DNA of 63,855 nucleotides, counting the filler, from Sphacelaria rigidula (Eukaryota), in assembly GCA_964200075.2 (NCBI GenBank). It is 11 parts of 11 records of this genome, joined end to end, with 100 filler letters (N's around TTAATTAATTAA, not from the genome) between each part and the next. Parts side by side here need not be neighbours in the genome. Positions count along the whole stretch, not along the records: positions 1 to 5,715 come from CAXNAA020025029.1; positions 5,816 to 11,530 come from CAXNAA020025030.1; 9 more parts are not named here. One strand, 5' to 3'. The notes under the pieces are model-generated. The model worked only from the letters and a program-made list of their open reading frames with translations. It searched no databases and was not told the origin of the DNA. Below are positions 1-11,504 of this stretch, in pieces (within the stretch, counting starts at the first letter, position 1; every line of letters starts with the position of its first letter). A program made the translations under genes and the position numbers.

Positions 1-905
1 AGTGGTTCGGCAGACCCGCAATCGCATCACCCTATAGCCTTCTATTCAGGGTCATCATCCACCCTGTAACATACGAACTCGTGCGTAAAGGCACCATTTT
101 TACTACGGATGAGGGCGTACAACTACTCGTGCGCCGCCCCACGCCTTCGACGGGCGCAATTTCCGTCTCAGCCACGGGACGCCACGCAAGACTACTCGAT
201 GACGAACCAACGCGCATATATGTCCCATTATTAATGCCCCCCTGGGTCAGGAAAGGCTGCCATACGGATTTGTCATGTCACCTTGGCGTCATGTGACGGT
301 TTGAGAGACAACCAACTAGACTACTGACCAGTCAGCGCTGACTCTCGCACCTTCGCGCTCCTGGAACGCTTTTACTGATGGGTTGGCATGGAAATTTCCA
401 CCCGCTTCTGGATTCGGCGATGCTTCAAATGACAAGCTCGAAAAACTTCACGACAGACAGTACGCTGGCCCGTCAACTCTATGGGACTCCCCAACGCTCC
501 GGGCCACCTTGTGTCTTTTGACTACTTCGGCCCTCTACCGACCGTAGGTCGCGGCAACACCTACATCTTATTCTTCACTGACCGTTTTAGCCGCCACGCG
601 TCCATGTACGCGGTAACCGCTGCAGATTTCACTGCCGCGAGAACGGCCGACGTATTGGTCCACGAGTACATTAAGCACTACGGTTGCCCGGAACGACTCC
701 TTTCAGACGATGGTCATCGATTTTTCTCAGATCTCTCTGATGAGCTTTAAAAGCTCCTGGGCATCCGCAAAATTGCCGCGAGCGTCTACCACCCTAATCG
801 TAAAGATGGTACCGAAAGAGCTAATCACACCACGGCTCAGATGCTCTCTATGGTTGTCAATGACCGCCAAAATGACTGGGACCTACATCTCTCGCACATC
901 ATGTT
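1..905 (+). pseudogene. Ty3/gypsy pol relic: integrase zinc finger plus rve core (5' part)
   Basis: Translates to ...CHLGV..LERFY*WVGM..WIRRCFK*QARK (H2C2 finger with stops), then VSFDYFGPLP..GNTYILFFTDRFSRHA..YGCPERLLSDDG..YHPNRKDGTERANHT (DDE core). It has in-frame stops and is interrupted at 905. Confidence 0.92.
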
Positions 906-1265
906 TGTTTGAGTGTTTGTAGCTTCGTGACCCCGTGAGAGGATGGGGTGCAGACTCGACTCAGATAGTCGATCAATGAACACGACTGCGATAGTCGATC
1001 AATGGGCACGGCTGACTGCCGATCAAGATGAGGTAGAAATGTATATAGAGCTTTGTTGATGAAGAGGGAAGGAAGGGGAGTGATCGCAGTTGGGGTCAAG
1101 GTCTCAACATGCGACGAGCACCACTCACGTATGTCCAGTCACGAACATCACAATATAAAGTCATCCCGCGTAGTACCCGGAGCTCAAACAGGTATATCAC
1201 TAGACTGTTGTACCTTATCCTGACAAGGTGTATTTTACTGACTATCCCAGGCCATCTTACGAACA
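906..1265 (-). repeat. 3' LTR
   Basis: TGTTTGAG...CGAACA. I count 3 mismatches against 4611-4970. It contains an internal ~26-bp tandem unit GATAGTCGATCAATG... Confidence 0.97.
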
Positions 1266-1275
1266 CCCCTCCATC
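1266..1275 (-). other. Polypurine tract
   Basis: Minus-strand GATGGAGGGG directly abuts the LTR start TGTTCG. Confidence 0.8.
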
Positions 1276-3349
1276 GACTGGGTGTCAAACGTAAGGTTCA
1301 AGGACCATACTCAGTGAACAGAACTACCCACCGAATAAAGAACTCTTCCGCTCACGGTGTATTCAACAGGTGTATCTTCTCAAGAAGTGGATTTCATCAG
1401 CAACCGTAAAACAACCGTAAATCCCGAACTTCGTCACTTCTTTCAACGACTATGGGACCAGCCAAGAAGGAAATACATCGGTATTCTTCTTTTCACACCA
1501 AGACAAATAAAACAGGGACACATGAGCCGTGTGTACACTCCGTAGCTCCTGATGGTCAATCCACGCAAAACGCAAGTCAAATTCTGCAACTGTACCAGCC
1601 CATGCTCCTTACAATATCGTGGGTGATCGTATTTAGCATTCGAGTAACCTGCACTACGCACGCGAGACCAAGCTCCTAGGTAATATATATGAACCCACAC
1701 AACACAGTAAGTACAGTAGACAACTTTCGAAATTCACTTCACAGTCAGTCAGCTGCCTAAAGTACAAGAATCAAATTTCAAAATTCAAATTCAGCAATCC
1801 ATACGACAGTAGTGCCTACGTCATCAAACCAAACTAGACACTTACTACATCTACTTTACCCCTTATTCCCCCTCGGCGACCGGCGGAGCAAAGCAGCTCA
1901 ACGCCTCCAGATAAAACACACGATCAGCATCAGCCCCCCCCAATTCTTGCTATCAAAGTCTTCCCCCCCCCCGCTTCTAGGCCACGGGGAAGGAGTGCTG
2001 CATTCATCATCTTTCCCCCGTAGCGGGGAGATTTGCAGCGAGGAGCTGATCTTGATCCTGGTCGGTCACCGCCCTCCAAAACCATCCGTCAACTCGTGCT
2101 CGTCTCAGCCGTACAGACAGCACCTGTGTCGGATGGTGTTTGGAGGCTCAGCGTCTCACATATCGTGCAGACCCGAGGGGAATGGGCAGTGGGACAACAG
2201 AAAGGAAAAGTATTTATATCCATGCTACTCAGGCGCGTCAATCACCAACCGATGAACATACTTTTACCATGCACCGTACTGTGGTGTCGCGTTACGGCAG
2301 TCGCGAACCCACACCCACATATTATACCCGGATCCAGCACTATTATTTCAACTCTTCACTTCTCGTTCACATACCACACATGGATCAAACGGCACTTCGG
2401 CCGCTAGCATCCTGGTTGCATGAAACAGTACACTTTGACTTTTTACATGCCGTGCCAACATGTGTAAACCTGTGTGGAATTCGCCTGGCCAGCCAACCGA
2501 CAACGACCAGCTCCCATATGGGTGATACAATGCACTCTTCTTTTATCATGCTGTGCACATGAACCGCATCTCGCACATAACGTCAGCTCTATTTATTAGC
2601 CATCAAATATGGGTCACATGCGTTTTGCTGACCTGTAGCACAGGAATTTCATTTGTGCCCACAGTCACTCTTCCGAAATTATCATGATCAGGCCAAGCTA
2701 CTAGTATTGCGCTGTACTCAGTCCTTGCTTCTACCATAACAACGAAGTCTTATCAACCAATCCAGTCAAGAAGCCGATGCCTCGCGAATCCTACACCTCT
2801 CGGAATGATCACAAATTTTTTCACTTAGATGTCGAGTTTCGGAACCCACTTCAAATTTTGTGGTTTCAACCATCGTTCATCCGCATACCCCCCTGCGGAA
2901 CGTTTTACCGACATCACCCTCTAGTCTAGTCAGACCATGGTGCCCCACGTGCCTGTACTCACCAAGGCGACGAACAAGGTTCCACCTCAACCGATCGAGT
3001 AAGGATGTGGTGCCCCACAGTCCTGCACTCATCGGGATGGCAACAATGTTACACATAAGCGTTGAGTTTCGGCATCCATGTCAAAAACATGTCCTCAACA
3101 CTCTTCACCGACACCGTTCCACAGTCAAGTTAAGACGCGGTGCACCGCTCTTCTCACACTCACAAAAACGGCAGACAATCTTCTATTCATCAATCGAGTC
3201 AAACAAGCGCGCAAAGCAAGTCTGCACTCATCGAGACAGAATATTCGTCAAACATTACACTGAGTTTCGGTGTCCATATCAAAAATATGGTCTCAGCATC
3301 GTCCAGAGATGTCAACATCTCGATCCACCTGGGTATCAACCTTTCCTTG

Positions 3350-4564
3350 GGAACATGAATCGTTATCTGCATGACGGTCACGAACACTTACAACATAAAA
3401 ACGAAGGGGTATTTCAATCATGCATAGATCTCATGCCATCATTTTTCGAAAGGCTTCTGCGTCCGCTTCCGAACATACCGAAGAATCGCTACTACCCGAC
3501 GACCCTACTGCCATCGCTGTATCTTCGTTTTCTCCTGTATTACAATCCTGAAAAGACTAATGCCGAGGTAGCCCCCTCACAAAAAGTGCACGGGAGACCG
3601 TCCGACAAACCGGCTGCGATCCCACTACTGCGCTTATTTGCAGCAATGCCGCCCACATGAAAGGCTTGTAGCAGTCCGAAATCAGCTATAACGCCCCAAT
3701 AAGTCGCGGCGTGGAACACGAAACCAGCTCTAACGAAATTTATGATCATCGCCTCCGTGCACATTTTTGGCGGTTTGGGGGGGGGGCTATCTCGGCAGCA
3801 GTCAAAGAGTATCTCTTTTTTCCGCATCTCATACAATGTCGTTCCGGACAGTCACGCGCGAAGTGTGTTGTGTGCTTCCGGCAAATCCAACATCGCCTCT
3901 CCTTCGCAGAACCATTTTCACGCCCGTCTGTATTTGAATCCCCCGTATTTCCCGAGGTCCCTTGTACATTCGTAAATCCCTTTTTCGACTTCCCTTGCCA
4001 CTTCACGGGGGTCCTGGCCGGTTTCCTGTGTCATACGGGAATATTTTCCGTCTGTCACGTGAGGCGCTTATGAAAACTGCGGCACTAAAATGTATCAGGG
4101 AATCATCATCACGGAACAACGGCCACTTTTTCTCCTTACCGTCAAATTTCTCATCGAATCTTTCATCAACACGAAAACAACTCTTCACGCCTAGATGAGG
4201 GAAGTAAGCCGGGGACTCCTCGTTGATACTTATTTGGGCGGATCCATCGCCCGTGGATCCTCGGAGAGGGCCTGATACAATCCCTACACCGCGTGGTGAC
4301 CGGACCCTCCCTGTTCCAGCACCGGCGACGGTGTGCCTCCCGTCGCCTGCCTCCCCCTCCCCGCCCACTGCCGCTCCAAGGCCAGTGGACGGTCCCGCGC
4401 ACTAATTGGGACATCATCATCCTCAGCTCCGCCAGCTGCTCGGTAATTCCCGTCACCAATCTTTGTAAGCTGGCGATATTCTCTTTCACCTCCAGCATCT
4501 CCGTTGGAGACGATATGTCTCCCACGACAGTCGAGTGTCTTTCCGCGGTGCTCCAGTCCGCCAT
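3350..4564 (-). pseudogene. gag-protease relic of the LTR element
   Basis: Starts MADWST.. with a coiled-coil-like stretch. Zinc knuckles CWICRKHTTHFARDC and CMRCGKK follow, then a degenerate copia protease-like VIADFG and ..IHVPK. It is spread over several frames. Confidence 0.75.
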
Positions 4565-4610
4565 CGGTCCCTTGGCCCCAAAGCTCCCAAGTTGGGTAGG
4601 GGCTCTAGAG

Positions 4611-4970
4611 TGTTTGAGTGTTTGTAGCTTCGTGACCCCGTGAGAGGATGGGGTGCAGACTCGACTCAGATAGTCGATCAATGAACACGACTGCGATAGT
4701 CGATCAATGGACACGGCTGACTGCCGATCAAGATGAGGTGGAAATGTATATAGAGCTTTGTTGATGAAGAGGGAAGGAAGGGGAGTGATCGCAGTTGGGG
4801 TCAAGGTCTCAACATGCGACGAGCACCACTCACGTATGTCCAGTCACGAACATCACAATATAAAGTCATCCCGCGTAGTACCCGGAGCTCAAACAGGTAT
4901 ATCACTAGACTGTTGTACCTTATCCTGACAAGGTGTATTTTACTGACTATCCCAGGCCATCCTACGAACA
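4611..4970 (-). repeat. 5' LTR
   Basis: Near-identical direct repeat of 906-1265. Confidence 0.97.
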
Positions 4971-4975
4971 ATGTT

Positions 4976-5571
4976 GTCCCACAACAACTCGGTGAATGCC
5001 GCCACAGGCCTTTCCCCGAACAAACTCCATCTTGGACACTACCCTCGGCTGCCCATCACCGTGTTTGAACGACACACGTTCGATGGCCACCAAGGATTGG
5101 ATCAGGATCAGATATTCTATCACGACCTGGCACATTCACGACAACGCAAAGCATTTATTACTCTCGTGCGCGAACAACATGCTATCAACGCCTCGCGCCC
5201 TGAGAGTTCTAACACTGCTGTCTACAACCTCATGCACAAACGACCTAACTGGAAAGTTGGTGATTGGGTTTGGATCTAAAACAGTTTGTCGACCATCCGC
5301 CAACGCACCAGCAAGGCCGCCAACGAAACAATTTTGGGGACACAATTGTCCCTCAACTGGGCAGGACCATTCAAGATCCTGACAGCCGGACCATCGCCAT
5401 CATCGCCGGATGATAAACCCGTTGGTGATAAACTGCTCTATCTCGATCTGCCTCGCGACCTCCCGGGCGCGGACACCGAACCCCGCGTCTCCGTGCACAA
5501 ATACAAACCTTCCAGGAACCCGCATGATACTAGCAACGTGCCCAAGTACTTGCCTGCCGGACTCATCCAGA
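4976..5571 (+). pseudogene. Ty3/gypsy integrase relic (3' part)
   Basis: Resumes after the TSD with SHNNSVNAATGLSPNKLHLG..WKVGDWVWI*..LSLNWAGPFKIL (GPF motif)..RVSVHKYKP. Confidence 0.9.
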
Positions 5572-5573
5572 CA

Positions 5574-5715
5574 CTTTCGACGATAGCCCCCCCCCCCAAA
5601 ATAGTACATGGTTTTGGGAGGCAAAATCTTCACGTAAATCGAAAGGGGAAAAGCCGAGCACAACGAGCAGCTGGGGATTCCCACGCTTGGGCTCGTTCTC
5701 GCCAATGTTGCCAAT
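5574..5715. mobile_element. Short TIR element family D (truncated by contig end)
   Basis: Homologous to 6340-6475 and, inverted, to 25030-25171. Shared core GAGCAGCTGGGRATTCCCACGCTTGGG. Confidence 0.7.
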
Positions 5716-5815
5716 NNNNNNNNNNNNNNNNNNNNNNNNNNNNNNNNNNNNNNNNNNNNTTAATTAATTAANNNNNNNNNNNNNNNNNNNNNNNNNNNNN
5801 NNNNNNNNNNNNNNN
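5716..5815. other. Artificial contig linker; also at 11531-11630, 17346-17445, 23160-23259, 28974-29073, 34788-34887, 40602-40701, 46416-46515, 52230-52329, 58043-58142
   Basis: Identical N-run/TTAATTAATTAA/N-run (six-frame stops) between contigs of monotonically decreasing length. Confidence 0.99.
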
Positions 5816-6339
5816 CCCATCGGGGGTCCGCCCCTACAAAGCCGGGACGGGAGAACGCCGGATTCTCACCGGACCAGGCGGGGGAGGGGTTGCTTCCACG
5901 AAAAACAGGGGCCCATAAGTGTGTCAGACGACCTAACTACTCGCGGTATCTTATTGGGAACACACGCGTTCGAACAAACGCTTTTGCTTCCAACAACGAT
6001 TTGAGGTGTAATTTCGTGAAAGAAATGACCCAAAATACCCCCCTCCTGCCCCCCCCCCTGTCGTATAATAACATCACTCTACGTTGTGTTAACGGTACGA
6101 GCTATAAATTCGTGTGCCCCGCCGCTTTTGTGCATACCTTGACGGTGCTTCACGGAGGGAAAATGCAACGGCGCCACCGATGACGGAAATACCGCCCGTG
6201 CCCGCCGTCGCCCTCTCCTTCACCTTCTTCTAGCTGTACATCTTGCAAATCGCCGACAAATCAAATCTGACCGACTACTGCGTATATACTCTACAGCTTG
6301 TACGTGCATCGTCTCAAAGATCTAATATTTGGCGGATGC

Positions 6340-6475
6340 CGCGATAGCCCCCCCCAGAAAAGTGGCTGGTTTGAGGGGGTCAAATCTACATGTAAGTCGA
6401 AATGATAAAAGCCCAGCATACCGAGCAGCTGGGAATTCCCACGCTTGGGATCGCTTTCGCCAATGTCGCCACCGT
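6340..6475. mobile_element. TIR element family D fragment
   Basis: Aligns with 5578-5715. Confidence 0.65.
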
Positions 6476-6494
6476 GAAGCGCTTTATGATTTAT

Positions 6495-6802
6495 TCATTT
6501 ATTTCTCGCACTTTGAACCCCTCCCCTTCCTCGGAATGAGTCCGTGATCTCAATGGATCAACCCATCTCTTCCCCGGTACGCGCCTTACATGTTGGTCTC
6601 GCGGATTGGGTCAGCACTCCCGCACCGCGTCAACTTACGTCACACAAACCCAGCCGACTACTTTGTTTCCTCACGTTCTCATACTTTCCACGGTGGAAAT
6701 CAGACACCACGAAGAAACAAACCCAACGCATCGGGAATCAAACACTTGTTCTCTCCACCCTGATGGCGACAGTCGGACCATTACATCACCGGGTCGCGGC
6801 AG
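6495..6802 (-). mobile_element. tRNA-headed SINE family A
   Basis: Reverse complement of 19068-19382 along its whole length. Confidence 0.85.
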
Positions 6803-6871
6803 TTCTGAAACCAGATATCGTCACTGTATGGGTATTTTCTCCATGACAGTTTGAGCTATCTCGGGGGGGGG

Positions 6872-6917
6872 CGTACTCATTTGTTGCTTGCCTTAGTCAT
6901 TTGACCATTGACCACGC
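6872..6917 (-). mobile_element. 5'-truncated LINE-like 3' end (family C) with TSD
   Basis: Reverse complement of GCGTGGTCAATGGTCAAATGACTAAGGCAAGCAACAAATGAGTACG, flanked on both sides by AGCTATCTC+G8-9 (6854-6871, 6918-6934). Confidence 0.85.
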
Positions 6918-7891
6918 AGCTATCTCGGGGGGGGAGGCTATCGCGGTATCACTCGCTTCAGCTNNNNNNNNNNTTCGTCATTTGTTGCTTGCTTTTGCCT
7001 TTTGCCCATTGACCACGCAGCTATCTCGGGGGGGGGAGGCTATCGCGGTATCACTCGCTTCAGCTCACTTGTCTCTGAACGCAGATGATGTCTTCTGTTG
7101 AGCAAGTTGAGCCTTTGAACGCCCAGTTGTGCGTCCGTCTGTTGAATCTACATATTTTATTGGAAAATGACTGACAGACCCATGTGAGTACATGTATGTG
7201 CGGGCGGCCAAAAGGTTCGAAGGTGTACTTCCAGGACTGATGATTCCTTGGGATCTGCCATGGATGTGGTGTGCAAGTTTTGAGCGGGCGATGTTTTTCT
7301 TTCAACTTGTTCGGTAGCTGTGGAACAAGCTTAGCAAGCGCTCACGAATATCCGCACGACGAGCATCACATGCATTTACGTGGGACGGAAGGCAGCAGCG
7401 GTAACAACGTTGCTGACTTAACCGGACATGGACGGACAAATCTCCACGCACAGCGCAGTTCAGACCAAGAGGATGTCCAAAACTCGAGCAACTGCGCCCC
7501 CCCCCCCCACCCCCCCACCCCCCCCACCCCCTCGGTCCAGCCTCCGTTCTCTCTCTTGCTCCGCAGAACGGGTCCGCGCGCCGTTCATTTGGATTTCCAG
7601 CACCTACTTTCTTGGGAGTTATGATATTTTGTCGAGCATTTGCTATCAACAGGCGCTTTTCTAGGGCTGAACGTTGTCCATCGGACGTACGTCACAAGCA
7701 AGGAGCTGTTGCGTTGAGAGTCGCCAAAAGAGAGCACCATCGCTGACTCAACACCGGTAGCGGCTGGCGAGGAATTCTGGACGGATGGAAATGATCCAGA
7801 GAGTAGCTCGGTTTGTGCTCGAAGAGAGAAGAGTGGGAGAGGTGGGGGTGATGGAAAAAATCTTATATGCTACTATCTCATCGGATTGTAA

Positions 7892-8365
7892 GGCTAATTC
7901 TTATGTATCAAAAAATAAAATTTGTTGAAAAGTGTATTTTTGGGCCTTCTTCGTCGTTTTTTCCCCGAAAAGAGGGCTAGGCAGGCGGATGTCGACACCT
8001 TGGAATGATTTGCTCCACTCGCTGAGACGGTTCCAGAGCACCTTTGCGTTTCCCGTAGGTCACGGTTTCGTTTTTGCCCGAACTTGCATTTTCAATAACG
8101 AACGGTTAAGTTATAAACAAACAGAGGGAAAATTGACATTTTTTTGGTGACTTGACCGTTTGTTATTGAAAGTGCAAGTTCGGGCAAAAACGAAACCGTG
8201 ACCTACGGGAAACGCAAAGGTGCTCTGGAACCGTCTCAGCGAGTAGAGCAAGTCATTTCGAGGTGTCAACATCCGCCTAGCTCTCTTTTCGGGGGAAAAA
8301 CGACGGAGAAGGGCCAAGAATTCACGTTTCAACAAGTTTTATCTCTTGATACATGAGAAGTAGCC
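7892..8365. mobile_element. Hairpin MITE, PIF/Harbinger (Tourist)-like
   Basis: Inverted arms of ~220 bp around a ~35-bp loop, GGCTA...TAGCC termini, and TAA duplicated at 7889-7891 / 8366-8368. Confidence 0.88.
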
Positions 8366-9428
8366 TAACTTATTCCTTTTCTGACATCTTTGGCGGTGTT
8401 CTTAGCTGTTTTCCTACACATGTTCTGCGTTGGCTTTGGGTTCCATATGCGTATTGTCCCTTACTTTACTTCCTTGTTGTTACTTTTATGCCGTAGCAAT
8501 GCTTGTGTCTCGCCCCTGCAGAGCCGTGGGTGGCAGGCCATGCCCCCCCCCCCCCAATGTTCCCAAACAGCTTATACGACATTTTCATTTTTCCTTGNNN
8601 NNNNNNNCCCTGTGGCTCTTTCTCTTTCCTCTCCCCCTCCATTGTTCCCACCCAGCTTATCCGCCATTTTCATTTTTCCTTGTCGTTTTTTTTTTCTCTC
8701 GCACGGCATTTTTACCGGAAGCCATGTCGCAAGGGGTTAACCATTTCTGGGTCCCTGTTTTTGTTATTATCGTGAAACACCATTCAGCTACCGTCTGAAA
8801 CCATAGAAACAGAACTGTCAGGTAACTTGCAAGTATTGTCATCATCAGTTCGGTAATGCAGAGGACGTAGCTCACCTGTACTCACGTATTGAGTAAGTAT
8901 AATCGTGTATTCGGGCAATACTTCTCGCTGAAAAGCATGGACGAGAAACGCTTACATCTATATGCAGCATTCTAACATGGCAACTCGAGTAGCTCCTTGT
9001 ATATCGCGGGGGGAACATTTTTCAATATTTTCATCGGGACCGGTGCTTCGTGTTAATAATTTCCTTTCCGTTCCGTTCCCGTCCTTTTCCATTTTTCTTC
9101 TCTTTCGACAGCCCCTCATATTTGTTCAGTTTACTCGAGAACGTTTTAACGTCTATAGGTCGTGAATTCGATCCTTGATGAAGTCGCACGACTTGTTTTT
9201 TTTTCGTCTCGATGTGTGTACTAACAGTGGAAAACGATTACTTCGGGAGTGCAGTAAAAATCGATCCAACCATCGACGAGGGAACGTGATGGCCGAACCC
9301 TTCTCACGACTAAATTTGAGCGAGGCGACGCAGGAGGAAAGTGAAGAAGAAAAAGAGTCCTCTGTGATCCTCCCGTGCGACACCGGCTGAAGCCCCCACA
9401 GACATCGGAAGGTGTAGGTATTCAAAAT

Positions 9429-9431
<3 letters not shown>

Positions 9432-9496
<65 letters not shown>
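9432..9496 (+). repeat. (AG)n microsatellite followed by degenerate CA-rich tract
   Basis: Directly visible in the sequence. Confidence 0.98.
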
Positions 9497-9499
<3 letters not shown>

Positions 9500-10815
9500 C
9501 ACATAAACACCCAGACACCCAGACACAAACAGACAAGACAGACACACAGACACACAGACAGACACACACACACGTCCCTTCCATCTGTCTATAAGATATC
9601 TCTCGCCTTTCTCAAGTTTCCTCGAGCGAATATTCCCGTTTTGTTCACCGTGGGTACGTCTATCCTGTGGATAATGACTACGGCTGGATCTCTCGGGGAT
9701 CAGTTAATTATGACAATGAATCAATTTCAATTAATCACTTCAGCGTCCGTCCAAGGATATCCACCAGCGAGATGGGGGTGTTATTCCACGTGCATGTCAG
9801 GGATGTCATTGTCTGGACAGCAGTATTGCAGCAAACTCTCCGGTGTATGTTCACGGGTGGTGCCATCTTATACATATCTCCAACGTACATACCGGTTCAC
9901 TTTCGTTTACGACGATCGATTCATCCGGCTGGTTGATGCTCGCAGCAGGCAGCCGCCAGGTCAATCTAAGGCAGCACAATTTGGGATATCTTTCACATCG
10001 TCCTGTACACAACAGCGTACCTCATGATCATGTTTCATACCGTTATCATGCATTTCTCAATGGTAGAACCTGAGTTCTACCGAGAGTAGGATGCCTGACA
10101 CTCACCTGGTTCCCAGATGCAAGCATGGCGCACCCTTCCCTCACCGCACACAACAGATGCTCGATTACAGCCGATGCCGCACAGAGTGTTCCAACAAGAA
10201 CAAATGATGTACTTCTTGTCATTTTCCAATCTCCGCACCAGGTGGATTCTCTAGCAGTCTTTATTGTGTAGAAAAGAGAACCCCTCGGTTTTTTTCCCCA
10301 TGAGCTGTCTGTTTTATCTCTGTAATTTTTTCCCCATGAGACAATTATAGAATTGAATTATTATTATCGTGATTTTATCTTTACATGATTATTTCTGCTA
10401 CGAGTATTTGCTTGGCTTTTATGGACATCTGCATTTAGGTCGAGGGTCTGATCATAGATCTATGGTGACGACAGTTGATGTTTACATCATCGACACCACG
10501 GCGCAAGTAAAGTCAGTTCTGTGCTATTGGTGCTTACTAGGGTCGAGCGCTGAGAGCTTCGCTGGGGTCATTGTCTAGAAATGCTGCAGTAGATGATTCT
10601 TGTAAGCCTGCTTATTATGAGTGAGGGAGGGCGCACGCACATGTGTTAACCGAAACAATCGGTCGAAATTCAAACCTCTGGATTGTAATTTGTTGCGTGT
10701 TTGTGCGCGCGGGGGGTCGGGGCTACGCGGGAGAGTGTCGGCTGTGAGCTATGAACGGAGGCGGTGCGTACAACAAGGGCGCCAAGAGAAAGACGTCTTC
10801 TCTTGTTCTTGCTAG

Positions 10816-11293
10816 GACAGCTCCCTCTAGTGGGAATAGCGGAAGCAGTAACAGTGGCGGTGGCGGTGTGGGATCAAACTCGTCGGCTAGGTGGAACGTG
10901 AGTTAACCTGCGAAGCGGCTCTTCGTAAGCTGGCTGTATCGTGTAGGATGTGCTGCAGTGAGCACGACGCTGGCCAAACTGGACTACTGTATACACACAC
11001 TGCGTCGTCGGATACATGTGTAGATACCTGGTGCTGGAATCTAGATTGTATTGCATTGCCAACTTATCCTGATTTTTGTGATACGCATGGCTAGTTGCAT
11101 ATATATATATATATATATATACATACGGCTTGAAATACGCTATTAATAGTGAAGCACAGAACAGACAGTGATGCAAATTTGCTGCCTCTCACGTGTTTCA
11201 CCGCTCCTTGGTATCGTAAAACAGGATCATGCCGGCAGGGGAGGGGGAGGAAAAGGAGGGCGAGTCAGCAACGTCCGGGGAGGACAACTTCAG
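10816..11293 (+). CDS. Two putative Gly/Ser-rich exons (10816-10897, 11225-11293), unknown protein
   Basis: AG/GT-bounded and phase-compatible: TAPSSGNSGSSNSGGGGVGSNSSARWN | DHAGRGGGGKGGRVSNVRGGQLQ. No homology recognised. Confidence 0.3.
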
Positions 11294-11407
11294 GTGACTG
11301 CAGTGCTCAGCTTCGAGGCCTATCTTACCGGAAGGATGAAGCGAATTGTGATGTGTACTTATATCTAATTGATTAATGCAATACCCCTCCCCCCCCCCCT
11401 TCAATGC

Positions 11408-11470
11408 CACGTCTCGAAATGGCATGCGTGGTCAACGATCAAACGACGAAGACAAGCAACAAATGAGTAC
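11408..11470 (+). mobile_element. Family C LINE-like 3' end
   Basis: ...AAGCAACAAATGAGTAC then a long C-run; there is also a C-run upstream. Confidence 0.8.

Positions 11471-11504
<34 letters not shown>

Larger units (their letters stand above)
906..4970 (-). mobile_element. Full-length non-autonomous copia-derived LTR retrotransposon, 4065 bp
   Basis: Two 360-bp TG...CA direct repeats, a perfect 5-bp TSD ATGTT (901-905 / 4971-4975), a PPT, and broken gag/protease frames on the minus strand. Confidence 0.93.

Noticed and set aside
5716..5815. Regularly spaced TTAATTAATTAA motif every ~5814 bp
   Set aside because: Artificial six-frame-stop linker. The periodicity reflects length-sorted contigs, so no cross-contig synteny is meaningful.
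6908..7065. Direct duplications flanking 10-N gaps (also 8545-8680, 38300-38560, probably 58580-58750)
   Set aside because: Typical unmerged scaffold overlaps with a low-quality copy; an assembly artefact.
7060..7650. Minus-strand ORF fragments next to the MITE
   Set aside because: Stops in every frame and no recognisable motif.
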